This document shows, piece by piece, positions 9,709 to 19,093 of a stretch of DNA of 64,000 nt. Made by a program: the position numbers and the translations under genes. Below the pieces are notes generated by a model. It did no database searches and was not told the DNA's origin. It worked only from the letters and a program-made list of their open reading frames with translations. Source of the DNA: Thermoplasmata archaeon (lineage in GTDB: Archaea > Thermoplasmatota > Thermoplasmata > Lutacidiplasmatales > UBA184); assembly GCA_030043855.1 (NCBI GenBank), contig JASHWW010000005.1:9088-73087 (forward strand), read 5' to 3'. How positions within the stretch are numbered: position 1 is the first letter of the stretch; the number at the start of each line of letters is the position of its first letter.

Positions 9709-10849
9709 CGCCCGGTTCGTCGAGCCGACGCTGTCGTTGGTGGCGCGGCGTCAGTCGCTCCGTCCGCACCGAAACCGTGCGGACCGGCCGCCGCCCGTGG
9801 GCGCCGTCGGTCTCCCAGAGCTCGCGCGCGAGCCGGGTCGCTCCGTGCCGGAGCGCGGAGGCTCCTTCCTGCGCGCCCCCGAGCGCGCGGACGCGCTGGG
9901 TCCGGGTGAAGTCGGCCCATCGGAACGCCACTCCGACCGACCCGTACCGGAGATTCTCTCGGTCCAGGGCCGCGGCCAGGTCGGTCGCGAGCGCCTCGAC
10001 GGCGTCGCGGATCGGCTCCCACGCCTCGAGGTCGGTCTCGAACGTCCGCTCCGACGAGCGGGAGTGCGGCTCCCACGCCTCCACCGGCGCTTCGGACGGG
10101 TGCCCGCGCGCGAGCAGGATCAGGTCGCGGCCGAATTGGCCGAGCGACCGGGCGAACTCCGACGGGGCGCGCCCCGCGAGCTCTCCCATCGTCGTGACGC
10201 CCCGCGCGCGAAACGCCTCATCGGTCTTCGGGCCGACGCCCGGAACGGCACGGACCGGGAGGGGGGCGAGGAAGCCCGCGACGTCCTCGGGGGGAACGAC
10301 CACGATCCCTCCGGGCTTGGCGCGATCGCTCGCGATCTTGGCGACGACCCGGGTCGTGGCGACGCCGATCGACGCCGGGAGTCGCAACTCCTGGCGGAGC
10401 TCGGCCTGGACGCGCAGGGCGGCCTCCCGCGCTGCCCCGGCGCCCGATGCGTCCACCGCGACGGCCGCCTCGTCGATCCCGTACGGCACCACCCGCACCG
10501 CGTGCCGGGCCAGGATCGTCCGCACGTCCCCCGCGATCCGCTCGTATTTGGAGAAATCCGGCGGAATCCACAGCGCGTCGGGGCAGAGGCGCGCGGCGAT
10601 CGCGACGGGCATCGCCGAGTGGACCCCCGTCGCCCGGGCGGCGTAGCTCGCCGAGAGGACGACGCCCCGGGCTCGTCCCGACCCCGGCGGGGGACCGACG
10701 ATCACGCGCGCCTCCGCCAGTTCCGGTCGGTCCCGGATCTCGCAGGAGACGTAGTAGGCGTCCAGGTCGACGTACAGGAACCAGGTCGGCGGCGGCGCGA
10801 CGGTCGGCTCGAGGGTCGGTCCGGTCACCGAGGGCGCGGGGTCGCGCAT
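9686..10849 (-). CDS. dinB: DNA polymerase IV (Y-family, DinB/Dbh)
   Basis: WFLYVDLDAYYVSCEIRDRPEL matches the DinB N-terminal consensus (hVDhDAFYASVE). Palm, finger and little-finger regions follow. Start placed at the ATG at 10847-10849; an alternative GTG lies 7 codons downstream. The ORF-track extension to 11473 is shadow overlapping the KaiC-like gene. Confidence 0.8.
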   Translation of the reverse strand: MRDPAPSVTGPTLEPTVAPPPTWFLYVDLDAYYVSCEIRDRPELAEARVIVGPPPGSGRARGVVLSASYAARATGVHSAMPVAIAARLCPDALWIPPDFSKYERIAGDVRTILARHAVRVVPYGIDEAAVAVDASGAGAAREAALRVQAELRQELRLPASIGVATTRVVAKIASDRAKPGGIVVVPPEDVAGFLAPLPVRAVPGVGPKTDEAFRARGVTTMGELAGRAPSEFARSLGQFGRDLILLARGHPSEAPVEAWEPHSRSSERTFETDLEAWEPIRDAVEALATDLAAALDRENLRYGSVGVAFRWADFTRTQRVRALGGAQEGASALRHGATRLARELWETDGAHGRRPVRTVSVRTERLTPRHQRQRRLDEPGDVAVGGG

Positions 10850-10875
10850 GGGAGACGCGGCGGGCGTGCGGCGGC

Positions 10876-11601
10876 TCAGCCGCTCCCGAAATCGACCGCC
10901 TTCGCGTCGACCGCGATCCCCTGGGGACCGATCGCGTACGGCTGGACCGTCCGGACGTGCGGGGTGCGGCGCATCTTGAGGACCCGGATCGAGAGTCCGA
11001 TGCGGTGGCCGTCCGGTCCGGTGTTGTAGCCGAGCACGAGCACGCCGTCGGCGATGTACTCGGAGAGGCCATCGCGGCTTACCTCCGGATGGAGCGGGTC
11101 GGCTTCGGCGGTGAGGACGGTCGTAGCCCCCGAGGAGCGGCACGCTGCCGCGAGCGCGAACAGCGTCGCACGGCGCCCCGGCTCGTCGTCGCTGAGCATG
11201 TTGAGCAGGCTGACCGAGTCGACGACGATCCGTTTCGCCCCGAGGGCGGAGAGCTCCTTCCCGAGCTCGCCCTGGATCCGGTGGAGGCTCTGGCGCGTCT
11301 CCTTGGGGTCGAGCCGCACCACCTGGAACGTTCCCTTCTCGACCGCCGCGTCGACCGGCCAGTGGAACTGGCGGGCGCTCTCGAGCAAGGGCGCCGTCTC
11401 CTCCTCGAGCGAGAGGAAGACCCCCTTCTCTCCGCGCTCCGCGCCCGAGAGCAGGAACTGGAGGCCGAAGCACGTCTTTCCGGTCCCGGGCAGTCCGGTC
11501 ACGAGCACGACATGCCCCGATGGGAATCCTCCGCCGAGCATCTCGTCCAGGCCCGCGACCCCGGTGGAGACCTTCGCGCGCGTCGGCTCAGATCCGCTCA
11601 T
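10876..11601 (-). CDS. KaiC-like / RecA-superfamily ATPase (intact Walker A and B)
   Basis: LDEMLGGGFPSGHVVLVTGLPGTGKTCFGLQFL (Walker A) and RIVVDSVS (Walker B). Single KaiC/RadA-like domain, 241 aa. Confidence 0.75.
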   Translation of the reverse strand: MSGSEPTRAKVSTGVAGLDEMLGGGFPSGHVVLVTGLPGTGKTCFGLQFLLSGAERGEKGVFLSLEEETAPLLESARQFHWPVDAAVEKGTFQVVRLDPKETRQSLHRIQGELGKELSALGAKRIVVDSVSLLNMLSDDEPGRRATLFALAAACRSSGATTVLTAEADPLHPEVSRDGLSEYIADGVLVLGYNTGPDGHRIGLSIRVLKMRRTPHVRTVQPYAIGPQGIAVDAKAVDFGSG

Positions 11602-12502
11602 ACTGTGTGGTCACCAACCCGTTCGCGGCGTTCACCCGGATCACGAATCGGCCGTTGTACTCGCTCGAACTGTGCGCGAGGACCGGCATGAACTTCTCGA
11701 TCATCATCGAGCGCTGACGATGGGAGCGGGACGGGCTCGCCGTCCACCGGAAGTGGAGCACCCCGTCCACGGAGTCGATGATCGCCTGCTCGACCGACGG
11801 CGGCGCGACGCCCTCGGAGAGCACCAGGTAGACGATCCCGCCCCACTCCTTGGCCCGACGCCGCAGCCCCTTCAGCAAGGTCAGCATGTCGGTCGCCTCC
11901 ACCCCGCGCCGGACGACCAGGTCGGTCAGCGAGTCGACGATGACGACGTTGGAGGCGCCGAGTTCGTCGACCGTCTGCGCGAGCGCGGCCACCGGCCCTC
12001 CGTCGGGCGGTCGACTTCCCTCCGACGGGCTTCCCAGCAACGGTCGAACCGAAGCCCATGCGGCTGGGACGACGGTGTCCTGGAAATAGGAGGCGGAGAG
12101 GTCGCGAAACGTCAGGTGTCGGAGGAGGACCTTCGCGTAGAGCGGCTCGAACGACCCCTCGACCTCCCCGATCACCTGGTCCTTCGACCGGCTCGTGCTG
12201 ACGTAGACGACCGACTCGGGGTAGACGAACGGACCCTTTGCGCTCCCCAGGAAGAACTGGTGCAGCCGCGGGTCGTCGTAGTGCAGCATCAGGTGCACGG
12301 CGGAGGTGAGCGAGAACTCCTGGTGACCGGCACCCGCCTCCCCGAACAGGAGGATCACCGAGCCGACCGGTACGCCGCCCGTCAAGAAGTCGAAGTCCGG
12401 CACACCCGTCGGGATCCGGGCCGGCAGGCCGGCCAGGTCCGGGGGACGAGGCGCGGCCGGGTGGGACGGCATCACGAACGGGCGGGGTGCGTCCAACGCC
12501 AT
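11588..12502 (-). CDS. KaiC-like ATPase paralogue with a degenerate Walker A (predicted pseudo-ATPase)
   Basis: FDFLTGGVPVGSVILLFGEAGAGHQEF has the KaiC fold but lacks the K-T/S of the P-loop. VVIVDSLTDL is Walker-B-like. Overlaps the next KaiC-like gene by 14 nt. The upstream part of the 765-aa ORF is Arg-rich shadow. Confidence 0.6.
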   Translation of the reverse strand: MALDAPRPFVMPSHPAAPRPPDLAGLPARIPTGVPDFDFLTGGVPVGSVILLFGEAGAGHQEFSLTSAVHLMLHYDDPRLHQFFLGSAKGPFVYPESVVYVSTSRSKDQVIGEVEGSFEPLYAKVLLRHLTFRDLSASYFQDTVVPAAWASVRPLLGSPSEGSRPPDGGPVAALAQTVDELGASNVVIVDSLTDLVVRRGVEATDMLTLLKGLRRRAKEWGGIVYLVLSEGVAPPSVEQAIIDSVDGVLHFRWTASPSRSHRQRSMMIEKFMPVLAHSSSEYNGRFVIRVNAANGLVTTQYERI

Positions 12503-12540
12503 CGGGGGAGGTACCGGGCGCGAGACGCGGACGCCCGGTA

Positions 12541-13875
12541 TTAGTAGGCTCGGCTCGACTCGTCCCCGCAGAGCGGCCCGCCGCCGCTCTTCAAGAATTC
12601 CCGCAGCAGGATCGTCGCGTACGCCCCCTTCGGGAGGGCGAACCGGAACCACACCCCGTCGCCGTCGGGCGCGAGACCGAGCGGTGGGCACGGGAGGAGG
12701 ATCGGTCGCCACGCCCCGGCGCTCGCGAGTTCGGGAGCGACGGGGATCCCAAATTGCGCCGGGGCGACGGAGTCCGCGTCGAGGAGCTGGCGCAGGTGGT
12801 CCCCGGGCCGTCCGGCGCCGGGGACGGTGCCCGTACCGACCAGGGGACCGGCCACCGCCGCCCGTCCCCGCGCGACGAGCTCCGTGCACTCGACGACGTT
12901 GTCGTCCGTCACCGGGACATCGTCGTGACTCCGATAGGTGCCGTCCCGTCCGAGCCGGAGGATCCGGTCGCCCGGCACGGGCCGGTCGAAGGGAAGTCCC
13001 TCGGCTCGCCGGAGGACCATCCATCGGTTGAACAGATGCGCCTGGTAGGCGTGGACGAACAGCAGGCGGAGGTCGCGCGGGAGCGCGTGAAAGGCCCGCG
13101 CGGGCGGGTCGCCTCGGGCGAGTCGTTCGAGGATCGCCCGTTCGAACCGGTACTCCGGCGGGAACTCGGCCAGCGCCCGTCGCGCATCGCGATGCTCCGC
13201 GAAGGCGGCCCGGGCCGCGTCTCCGGCGCCTGGGGAACCGAAGTCGGGGCGGCCGACCAGGTACGTCTCGACCGCACGGTCGAGATCCCCCTGGACGACC
13301 GCGCGCCCGACGACGTGCGTGATCGGTCGGACCTCCCCGAACCGCTGCGGACCGAAGAAGTTGGGAAATCCACCCTGGTCGCGGAGCGACGCCTCCGTGC
13401 GCCGATACGCCACGATCGCCCCGTCCGGCGGGAGGGCCGTCCGTCCGACCCGGATCTCGAACGAATTTCCGTAGTGGTGGCCGAGCACCAACCCTTCCCG
13501 GGTCCGGTACGCGTCCCGCACCTCGACCCGGGGAAGTCCGAGGTCTCCGCTCGGGAGCGGTCCCCGGTACGAGAGCAGTCGATCGGCGACCGCGCGCCGG
13601 TCCTTCGTCCCCGACCACTGGATCGACCGGGACGAGATCCCGACCCGCCGCGCGATCGCCGCCCCCAGCTCGTGCTGCTCCCAGCCGCGGCTCACGATTC
13701 GGAGGACGACCACCCCACCGGCCGGGTCCGGTCGGGGATAGGTCGAGATCTCCCGGACGAGGAACTCCTCCCACGTCGTCTTGACATCGCCGACGACGCC
13801 CGCGGTGGACGTGAAGTAAAACTCGAGGCCCAGCGCGCCCTCGCTCGCCGGGGGCACGAGCGGGCGCGCCTCCAC
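12541..13875 (-). CDS. truD: tRNA pseudouridine(13) synthase TruD
   Basis: N-terminal LEFYFTSTAGVVGDVKTTWEEFLVREI and catalytic GTKDRRAV (GxKD) motif. Archaeal TruD length (444 aa). Confidence 0.8.
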   Translation of the reverse strand: MEARPLVPPASEGALGLEFYFTSTAGVVGDVKTTWEEFLVREISTYPRPDPAGGVVVLRIVSRGWEQHELGAAIARRVGISSRSIQWSGTKDRRAVADRLLSYRGPLPSGDLGLPRVEVRDAYRTREGLVLGHHYGNSFEIRVGRTALPPDGAIVAYRRTEASLRDQGGFPNFFGPQRFGEVRPITHVVGRAVVQGDLDRAVETYLVGRPDFGSPGAGDAARAAFAEHRDARRALAEFPPEYRFERAILERLARGDPPARAFHALPRDLRLLFVHAYQAHLFNRWMVLRRAEGLPFDRPVPGDRILRLGRDGTYRSHDDVPVTDDNVVECTELVARGRAAVAGPLVGTGTVPGAGRPGDHLRQLLDADSVAPAQFGIPVAPELASAGAWRPILLPCPPLGLAPDGDGVWFRFALPKGAYATILLREFLKSGGGPLCGDESSRAY

Positions 13876-13932
13876 GCGCTGTCAAGTGGGGCGGTCATTA
13901 TTACATCGCTCCCGGATACCGCCGAGGGCCCG

Positions 13933-14409
13933 ATGATCCAGGCGACGGCCCGGGTTCTCAAGAACGAGATCGAGATCCACGTCGGGGGCGAGCTGTGGAC
14001 CGCCCGACCCGTGGAGGCGACGCAGGAGGGCCTCGGGCGTCGCATCGCGGCGCTGTTCTCCACCGATTACCACGTACTGCGGCCGGCGCCTCCGGACGAG
14101 GTGTACGCCACGGTTTCGTACCGTGCGAAAGCGGACGAGATCCGGATCCAGGCCGGCGAGGATCACTGGCGCACGCAGTCCTCGGCCTTCGGCCCGATGC
14201 TCGTGGAGTACGGGGGGATCCGGTACACCATCAACGAACGCTTGACCGGACGATTCGCGATCCTGAACGGGACCCAGCCGGTCGCGCTGGGGCAGCTCGG
14301 GTTCCGCTCGTGCGCGATCCGGGACTACCCGCCGGAGCTCGAGATCTTCTTGGGGCTCCTGTCGCTCGGGTACGTGATCCGGACGCTCACCTGGGAGATG
14401 TTCGGCTGA
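13933..14409 (+). CDS. Hypothetical protein (158 aa)
   Basis: MIQATARVLKNEIEIHVGGELWTARP...EIFLGLLSLGYVIRTLTWEMFG has non-shadow composition. A TATA-like cattattac motif sits about 30 nt upstream of the ATG. The remainder of ORF 12487..14409 is shadow. Confidence 0.45.
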   Translation: MIQATARVLKNEIEIHVGGELWTARPVEATQEGLGRRIAALFSTDYHVLRPAPPDEVYATVSYRAKADEIRIQAGEDHWRTQSSAFGPMLVEYGGIRYTINERLTGRFAILNGTQPVALGQLGFRSCAIRDYPPELEIFLGLLSLGYVIRTLTWEMFG

Positions 14410-14418
14410 GACCGACGC

Positions 14419-15831
14419 TCATCGGGCCGTGGGCGGCCCGCGAGGGGGGCGCGGCACCGTCGCGCGGGTGCCCCGATGCAGGAGGTGGCGGTGCGACGCC
14501 GTGTGCGGGAGCTGGAAGACGTGGTACGGGATCGGCAGGAGGAGCGCCCCGCCCGCCACCACGGTGAGCGCGGCGACGGAATACGCGAAGTGCACCCCGT
14601 AGGTCGCGTACATCCATCCCCCCAGGAGCGTGCCGAGCAGACCGCCGGCCCCGGCGACCGCGTTGTAGAGGCCGAGCGCCCGCCCCCGGGCCGAGCGGCC
14701 CACCAGGCGGACGAGGAAGAGGGTGCTCGCGGTGCTGATGAACGCCCAGGTGACGCCGAGGAGCGCGTTCAGGAGCGTGAGCCACAGGAGCAGCGCCGGA
14801 GAGCCGAGGCCGAGGAGCACGTAGACGGGCCCCCACAGGAACAGCACCATCAGGAGGACGCGGCCGGTGAGCGAACCGAGGAAGACGTTCTTGGGCGAGT
14901 GGTTGTCGACCGCCTTCCCTGAGTGGAAGAAGAGCGCGGTCGAGGCCGCCGCCGAGCCGAGGTAGACGACGAATACGCCCGCGTCCGTGAAGCGGGCGCT
15001 CTGCCAGAGGAAGACCGGGAACGGTCCGTAGAAGATGTCGAACCCGACGCTCATCACCCCGAGCGCAGCGAGGAAGAGGTACTCCTTGCCGGGCAGTTTG
15101 TCCTTCGACGGCCGGGTCAGGTCGAGGATCGACACCACGCGGAGGCGGAAGGTACGGATCCGCTCCACGACGCCGCGGTGCAGGTGGACCAGGTCGGAGA
15201 CCGACCGCCGCTCGACGCGCGTCGTCGGTTCCTCGATCCACGCCCAGGCGACGAGGGCCGAGACGAGAGCGAGCGCGCCCGAGACGAGCAGGAGCGCGGT
15301 CATCGCGCCGATCATCGGCTGGCTGCGGCCAATCACGAACAGCCAGACGAACCCGATCGCGAGACCGACCGTCGTCCCGAGGCCGGAGATTAGGCCGAAC
15401 AACCCGATGTCGGTCGGCCACCACCGCTTGTGCCGCGTCTCGAGCAGCAGCATCGTGCCGATCGGGGCGCTGGCGGCCGAGGCGAGTCCCTCGACCACGT
15501 TGAGCCAGAAGTAGGTGACCAGCGAGTGGGCGAGCGCGATCAGGATGATCGAGACGCCGGTGGCGAGGAACGAGCCGACGAGGAAGTACTTCCGGTGGGC
15601 GATCCGGTCCGAAAGGTTCCCCCAGAGGATCGTGAAGGGAACCTGGCTCATCGCGCTCGCCGCGATGATGATGGTGACCGCGAACGCGCTCGCGCCGAAG
15701 TGCTGCAGCGCGAGCAGGGGGATCAGCGGGGTCGCGATCCCGTCGGAGATCGCGAGCGGCAGATAGGCGAAGAACCAGAGGTCGCTGCTGGACGGCCGGA
15801 GCACCGTGGGGGTCTTGATGTCGATCGACAC
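14419..15831 (-). CDS. MFS transporter
   Basis: About 12 predicted TM helices (LWFFAYLPLAISDGIATPLIPLLAL...; GNLSDRIAHRKYFLVG is the MFS loop-2/3 motif). Confidence 0.75.
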   Translation of the reverse strand: MSIDIKTPTVLRPSSSDLWFFAYLPLAISDGIATPLIPLLALQHFGASAFAVTIIIAASAMSQVPFTILWGNLSDRIAHRKYFLVGSFLATGVSIILIALAHSLVTYFWLNVVEGLASAASAPIGTMLLLETRHKRWWPTDIGLFGLISGLGTTVGLAIGFVWLFVIGRSQPMIGAMTALLLVSGALALVSALVAWAWIEEPTTRVERRSVSDLVHLHRGVVERIRTFRLRVVSILDLTRPSKDKLPGKEYLFLAALGVMSVGFDIFYGPFPVFLWQSARFTDAGVFVVYLGSAAASTALFFHSGKAVDNHSPKNVFLGSLTGRVLLMVLFLWGPVYVLLGLGSPALLLWLTLLNALLGVTWAFISTASTLFLVRLVGRSARGRALGLYNAVAGAGGLLGTLLGGWMYATYGVHFAYSVAALTVVAGGALLLPIPYHVFQLPHTASHRHLLHRGTRATVPRPPRGPPTAR

Positions 15832-15932
15832 GGACCCCGACCCCGGTGTCTAGCTCGGAGCCGGGGGGCGGGGGATAAAGAATCGGTTCTTGGGGAAACG
15901 GAACGGCCCGGATCGGCGTCCGAACGACGCGG

Positions 15933-16511
15933 TTACGCCGCCGGGACCTTCAGCTCCGCCAGGAGCTCTCGATGCTCCGCGTCGGAGATCCACTCGACCT
16001 TGAGATAGTCCCGGAGGAACGTGTCGGGCACGTCCATCGCGCGCGCCTCCTCCACGACGAAGCGGTACGCTTCGACCTCCGTCCACCGCTTCACGTAGCT
16101 CACGCCCGGCTCCCACAGGTTCGCCCCGCCCTGGCGCTGGAGGACGTGGCAGAGCTCGTGGTAGATGTCCATGAACAGCATCAGCTCCGGGCTCTCGCGC
16201 AGGTGTCCCATTCCGACGACGATGCAGTCGGAGGCGGAGACGACCGGCTTCCAGCCGCGGCTGCGGGCGAACCGGGGCACCTCGTGCGGCGCGACGTACA
16301 TCCACATGTCCTGGTCGACGACCTGGACGCACGTCTCGTCGAACAGCTTGGTCCGTTGCTTCGCGTCGGTCACGAGCCGTCGCGCCGGCGGCAACCCGTC
16401 GAGGCCCGGGAAGACGGCGAGGAGGGGATGCCGCCCCGGAGGGATCTCCCGCTGGACCCGGAATCCCGGAGGCACCGGCAGGGGAGCCGTCCGCTTTGGA
16501 GCGCGAGGCAT
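15933..16511 (-). CDS. Hypothetical HExxH-motif protein (putative zinc metallopeptidase-like)
   Basis: MDIYHELCHVLQRQGG contains HExxH plus a downstream Glu/His. Start chosen at the internal MPRAPK. Confidence 0.4.
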   Translation of the reverse strand: MPRAPKRTAPLPVPPGFRVQREIPPGRHPLLAVFPGLDGLPPARRLVTDAKQRTKLFDETCVQVVDQDMWMYVAPHEVPRFARSRGWKPVVSASDCIVVGMGHLRESPELMLFMDIYHELCHVLQRQGGANLWEPGVSYVKRWTEVEAYRFVVEEARAMDVPDTFLRDYLKVEWISDAEHRELLAELKVPAA

Positions 16512-16549
16512 CGGACCCCGCGAACCCCGACCCGAGATAAAGGGACCCG

Positions 16550-17554
16550 GTGGCGAAGGAGGCGCGAAGCGCTTTCTCGCTCGCGCCCCTCGGTCGAGAC
16601 GTGCCCGCACGGGCCCGAACGCTCACGTCGGTCCCGGGGCTCCGCGTGGGCCACGCCGAGACGGCCGACGGTAGCTCCGGCGTCACGGTGGTCCGGTTCG
16701 ATCAGCCCACGGCGACCGTCGTCGACGTCCGGGGTGGTGCCTCGGCCACGTACGACACCGCCTCGCTCGCCGTCGACGCGACCTTCGGCCGCCGGTGGGC
16801 GATCTTCTTCTCCGGGGGCAGCCTCTTCGGGCTGGACGCGGCCCGGGGGATCCGCACCCGCATCCTGGAGGAGGGGGGCGGACACCGGGCGTTCCGCAAC
16901 CCGACCCCGATCGCCCCCGTATCCGGCGCGGCCCTGTTCGACCTACCGGCCCGGCGGGGTCCGCTCCCGGAGTATCTCTCGCTCGGCTACGCCGCCGCGG
17001 AGGGGGCCAGCCGAGCGATCGTCCCCTTCGGACGACGCGGGGCGGGAGCCGGCGCCCTCGTCGGAAAGTATCTGGGCCGCGACCGGGCGATGCGCGGTGG
17101 GGTCGGCAGCGCGGCCGCCCGGGTCGGCGGTGGAACGGTCGGAGTTCTCGTGGCCGTCAACGCGGTGGGGGCGATCCGCGATCCGACCGACGGCCGCTGG
17201 GTCGCCGGCGCCCGGGGCCCTCGGGGTCGCGTCGTGCCGCCCGATCGACCGTTCCGTCGCCCCGAACGTACGACCGGCACGACGCTCACCCTGGTCGCGA
17301 CCGACCTGGCGCTCGACCGACCCGCCCTCGCCCGGGTCGCGGCGATCGGGCACGCCGGCGTCGGCCGGGCAGTGGTTCCCTACCAGAGTTCGACCGACGG
17401 GGACATCGTCTTCGCGGCTACCACCGACCGGACGACTCCTCGTACGGCGATGGACCGCCCGGGCGCGGCAGCGGACCTCGTAGGCACCTGTGCGGCCGAC
17501 CTCGCCGTGGCGGCGATCCTCGGGGCCGTCCGTTCGTCGAACCGACTCGGGTGA
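16550..17554 (+). CDS. DmpA/S58-family peptidase (L-aminopeptidase/D-esterase-like)
   Basis: VPGLRVGHAETADGSSGVTVVRF...ATFGRRWAIFFSGGSLFGLDAA...TTLTLVATDLALD show the self-processing Ntn-hydrolase pattern of peptidase S58. GTG start is uncertain; an alternative GTG lies about 18 codons in. Confidence 0.65.
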   Translation: MAKEARSAFSLAPLGRDVPARARTLTSVPGLRVGHAETADGSSGVTVVRFDQPTATVVDVRGGASATYDTASLAVDATFGRRWAIFFSGGSLFGLDAARGIRTRILEEGGGHRAFRNPTPIAPVSGAALFDLPARRGPLPEYLSLGYAAAEGASRAIVPFGRRGAGAGALVGKYLGRDRAMRGGVGSAAARVGGGTVGVLVAVNAVGAIRDPTDGRWVAGARGPRGRVVPPDRPFRRPERTTGTTLTLVATDLALDRPALARVAAIGHAGVGRAVVPYQSSTDGDIVFAATTDRTTPRTAMDRPGAAADLVGTCAADLAVAAILGAVRSSNRLG

Positions 17555-17563
17555 TCCGCGGGA

Positions 17564-17998
17564 TCACTCGGTCCGCCCGAACCACCAGTCGGAGCGGGTC
17601 CCGGGCCAGTTCACGTCGATCACGTCGAATGGGTTGCCATCGGGGTCCGTCAGGGTGACGAAGTCGTGGCCGGGTTGGGGCGGTCGGACGACCTTCGCGC
17701 CGAGAGCGACCAGGCGCTCGACCTCGCGCAACGGATCGGTCGCATACAGGTCCAGGTGGAACCGGTAGTCGTTCAGCGGCAACTCGGACGTCCGGCTGAG
17801 ATTGAGGTTCGGACCGGCGCCCTTCGGGTCCTTCAGGATCACCCCGTCCGGCCCGGGCGGGTCCCGCGGGACGTAGTGCAGGGCCTCGGACCAGAAGGCG
17901 ATCATCTCCGCGACGTGCGTGCAGTCGACCACGATCGACCCGACCCAGATCCGGGCCGGAGGGTGCGCGGCGGGTGGGTCCGACGTCGGGGCGACCAT
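17564..17998 (-). CDS. Glyoxalase/VOC-family protein
   Basis: IVVDCTHVAEMIAFWSEALHY...FHLDLYATDPLREVERLVALGAKV...DPDGNPFDV are the two beta-alpha-beta-beta-beta VOC modules. Confidence 0.6.
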   Translation of the reverse strand: MVAPTSDPPAAHPPARIWVGSIVVDCTHVAEMIAFWSEALHYVPRDPPGPDGVILKDPKGAGPNLNLSRTSELPLNDYRFHLDLYATDPLREVERLVALGAKVVRPPQPGHDFVTLTDPDGNPFDVIDVNWPGTRSDWWFGRTE

Positions 17999-18044
17999 GG
18001 GAGCGGCAGAGGTCGTCGGGGGATGACGGTGTGCCCCGAGGGGG

Positions 18045-18623
18045 TCAGGTCTCGGCCGGGCGGCGGAGCGCGGTCCCGCGTAGGCCCCGGATCAGGTCCG
18101 CCTTCGTGGCGATCCCGACGAGCGCCCCTTGCTCCGCTACGACCACGGCCGGATACCGGGCGAGCAGCTCCGTCAGCAGGTCCGCGGGGAACCCCGGGTC
18201 GACGATCGGGTACGCGGTCTCGAGGACGTCCCGCACCCGGCGCTTGCGCCCGGAGGCCTCCGCCAGCGCGCGCAGCAGCGCTCCTTCGGAGAGCGAACCG
18301 ACCAGACGACCGTCGTCGACCACGGGGAGCTGCGAAAAGCCGCCCCCCTCCATCCGCTGCGCCGCCACGGCGAGCGGCGCCGACGACTCGACCGAGACGA
18401 GGTTGCGGGTCATCAGCTCGCGCACGGTCAGACGGGGGGTCGCGAGTCCTTCGCGACCCTCCAGGTAGGTGACGATCCGCTGGACCAGGTCGTACGAGGG
18501 GCGGATCTGGCCCCGCTCGATCCGGGACAGGGTGGCGTCGCTGCGTCCGACCGCCCGCGCGAGCTCGCCGAGGGAGATGCCCAGGGCGATCCGACGGCGT
18601 CGGAGCTCCGTGAGGGTGTCCAC
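18045..18623 (-). CDS. XRE-type HTH plus CBS-domain transcriptional regulator
   Basis: LRRRRIALGISLGELARAVGRSDATLSRIERGQ is an XRE HTH. The C-terminal CBS pair is VRELMTRNLVSVESSAPL...GRLVGSLSEGALLRAL. GTG start at 18621-18623 with a TATA-like gagataatc about 25 nt upstream. Confidence 0.6.
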   Translation of the reverse strand: MDTLTELRRRRIALGISLGELARAVGRSDATLSRIERGQIRPSYDLVQRIVTYLEGREGLATPRLTVRELMTRNLVSVESSAPLAVAAQRMEGGGFSQLPVVDDGRLVGSLSEGALLRALAEASGRKRRVRDVLETAYPIVDPGFPADLLTELLARYPAVVVAEQGALVGIATKADLIRGLRGTALRRPAET

Positions 18624-18722
18624 GGGTCGGAAGGTCCGCGCAAGATTATCTCGGTTTGCCGGCGGACCGCGCCGGCCCCGAAAGGTATAGGACGGCGGGT
18701 TGAGTACTGCTTCGCAACGCCG

Positions 18723-18983
18723 ATGGACGCCCCTCCCCGTCGGATCGAATGGATCTCGCCACCGCCGGAGATCTGCTCGCTCTGCAAAGAGCCGCTCGGC
18801 GACCCGGCCGAGACGAGCTCCTGGAACGGGAACCCCGCGCACCGCGACTGCGTTCGGATCCACCTCCTGCAGCGGGATCCGGCGTTCCACGAGTCGGGCG
18901 AGTCGGAGGAACCGACCGACGATTTCGGCGACTCGATCGACGGAGTGCTCTCGCGGGACGACGACGAAGCCGACCTCGAGTGA
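18723..18983 (+). CDS. Small hypothetical Cys/His protein (86 aa)
   Basis: MDAPPRRIEWISPPPEICSLCKEPLGD...NPAHRDCVRIHLL has CxxC...HxxC spacing. A TATA-like aaaggtatagga sits about 35 nt upstream. Weak call. Confidence 0.25.
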   Translation: MDAPPRRIEWISPPPEICSLCKEPLGDPAETSSWNGNPAHRDCVRIHLLQRDPAFHESGESEEPTDDFGDSIDGVLSRDDDEADLE

Positions 18984-19093
18984 CGCGCGGTTATCCGCCG
19001 TCCCCCCGCCCCGGTGTCGCGTCCGCGGCTTCGCAACGCATAAAAAGGCGGGGTTCGTGGACTCGACCGCCCTGAGGTGAGGTGGGGTACCCC

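Noticed and set aside
10850-11473. N-terminal 208-aa extension of the dinB ORF
   Set aside because: Overlaps the well-supported KaiC-like gene in another frame. The DinB consensus begins at WFLYVDLDAYY, so the start is the internal ATG at 10849.
18129-18722. 5' two-thirds of plus ORF 18129..18983
   Set aside because: Antisense to the HTH-CBS regulator and Arg/Asp-rich. Only the last 86 codons, with their own TATA-like element, were kept, and only as a low-confidence small protein.
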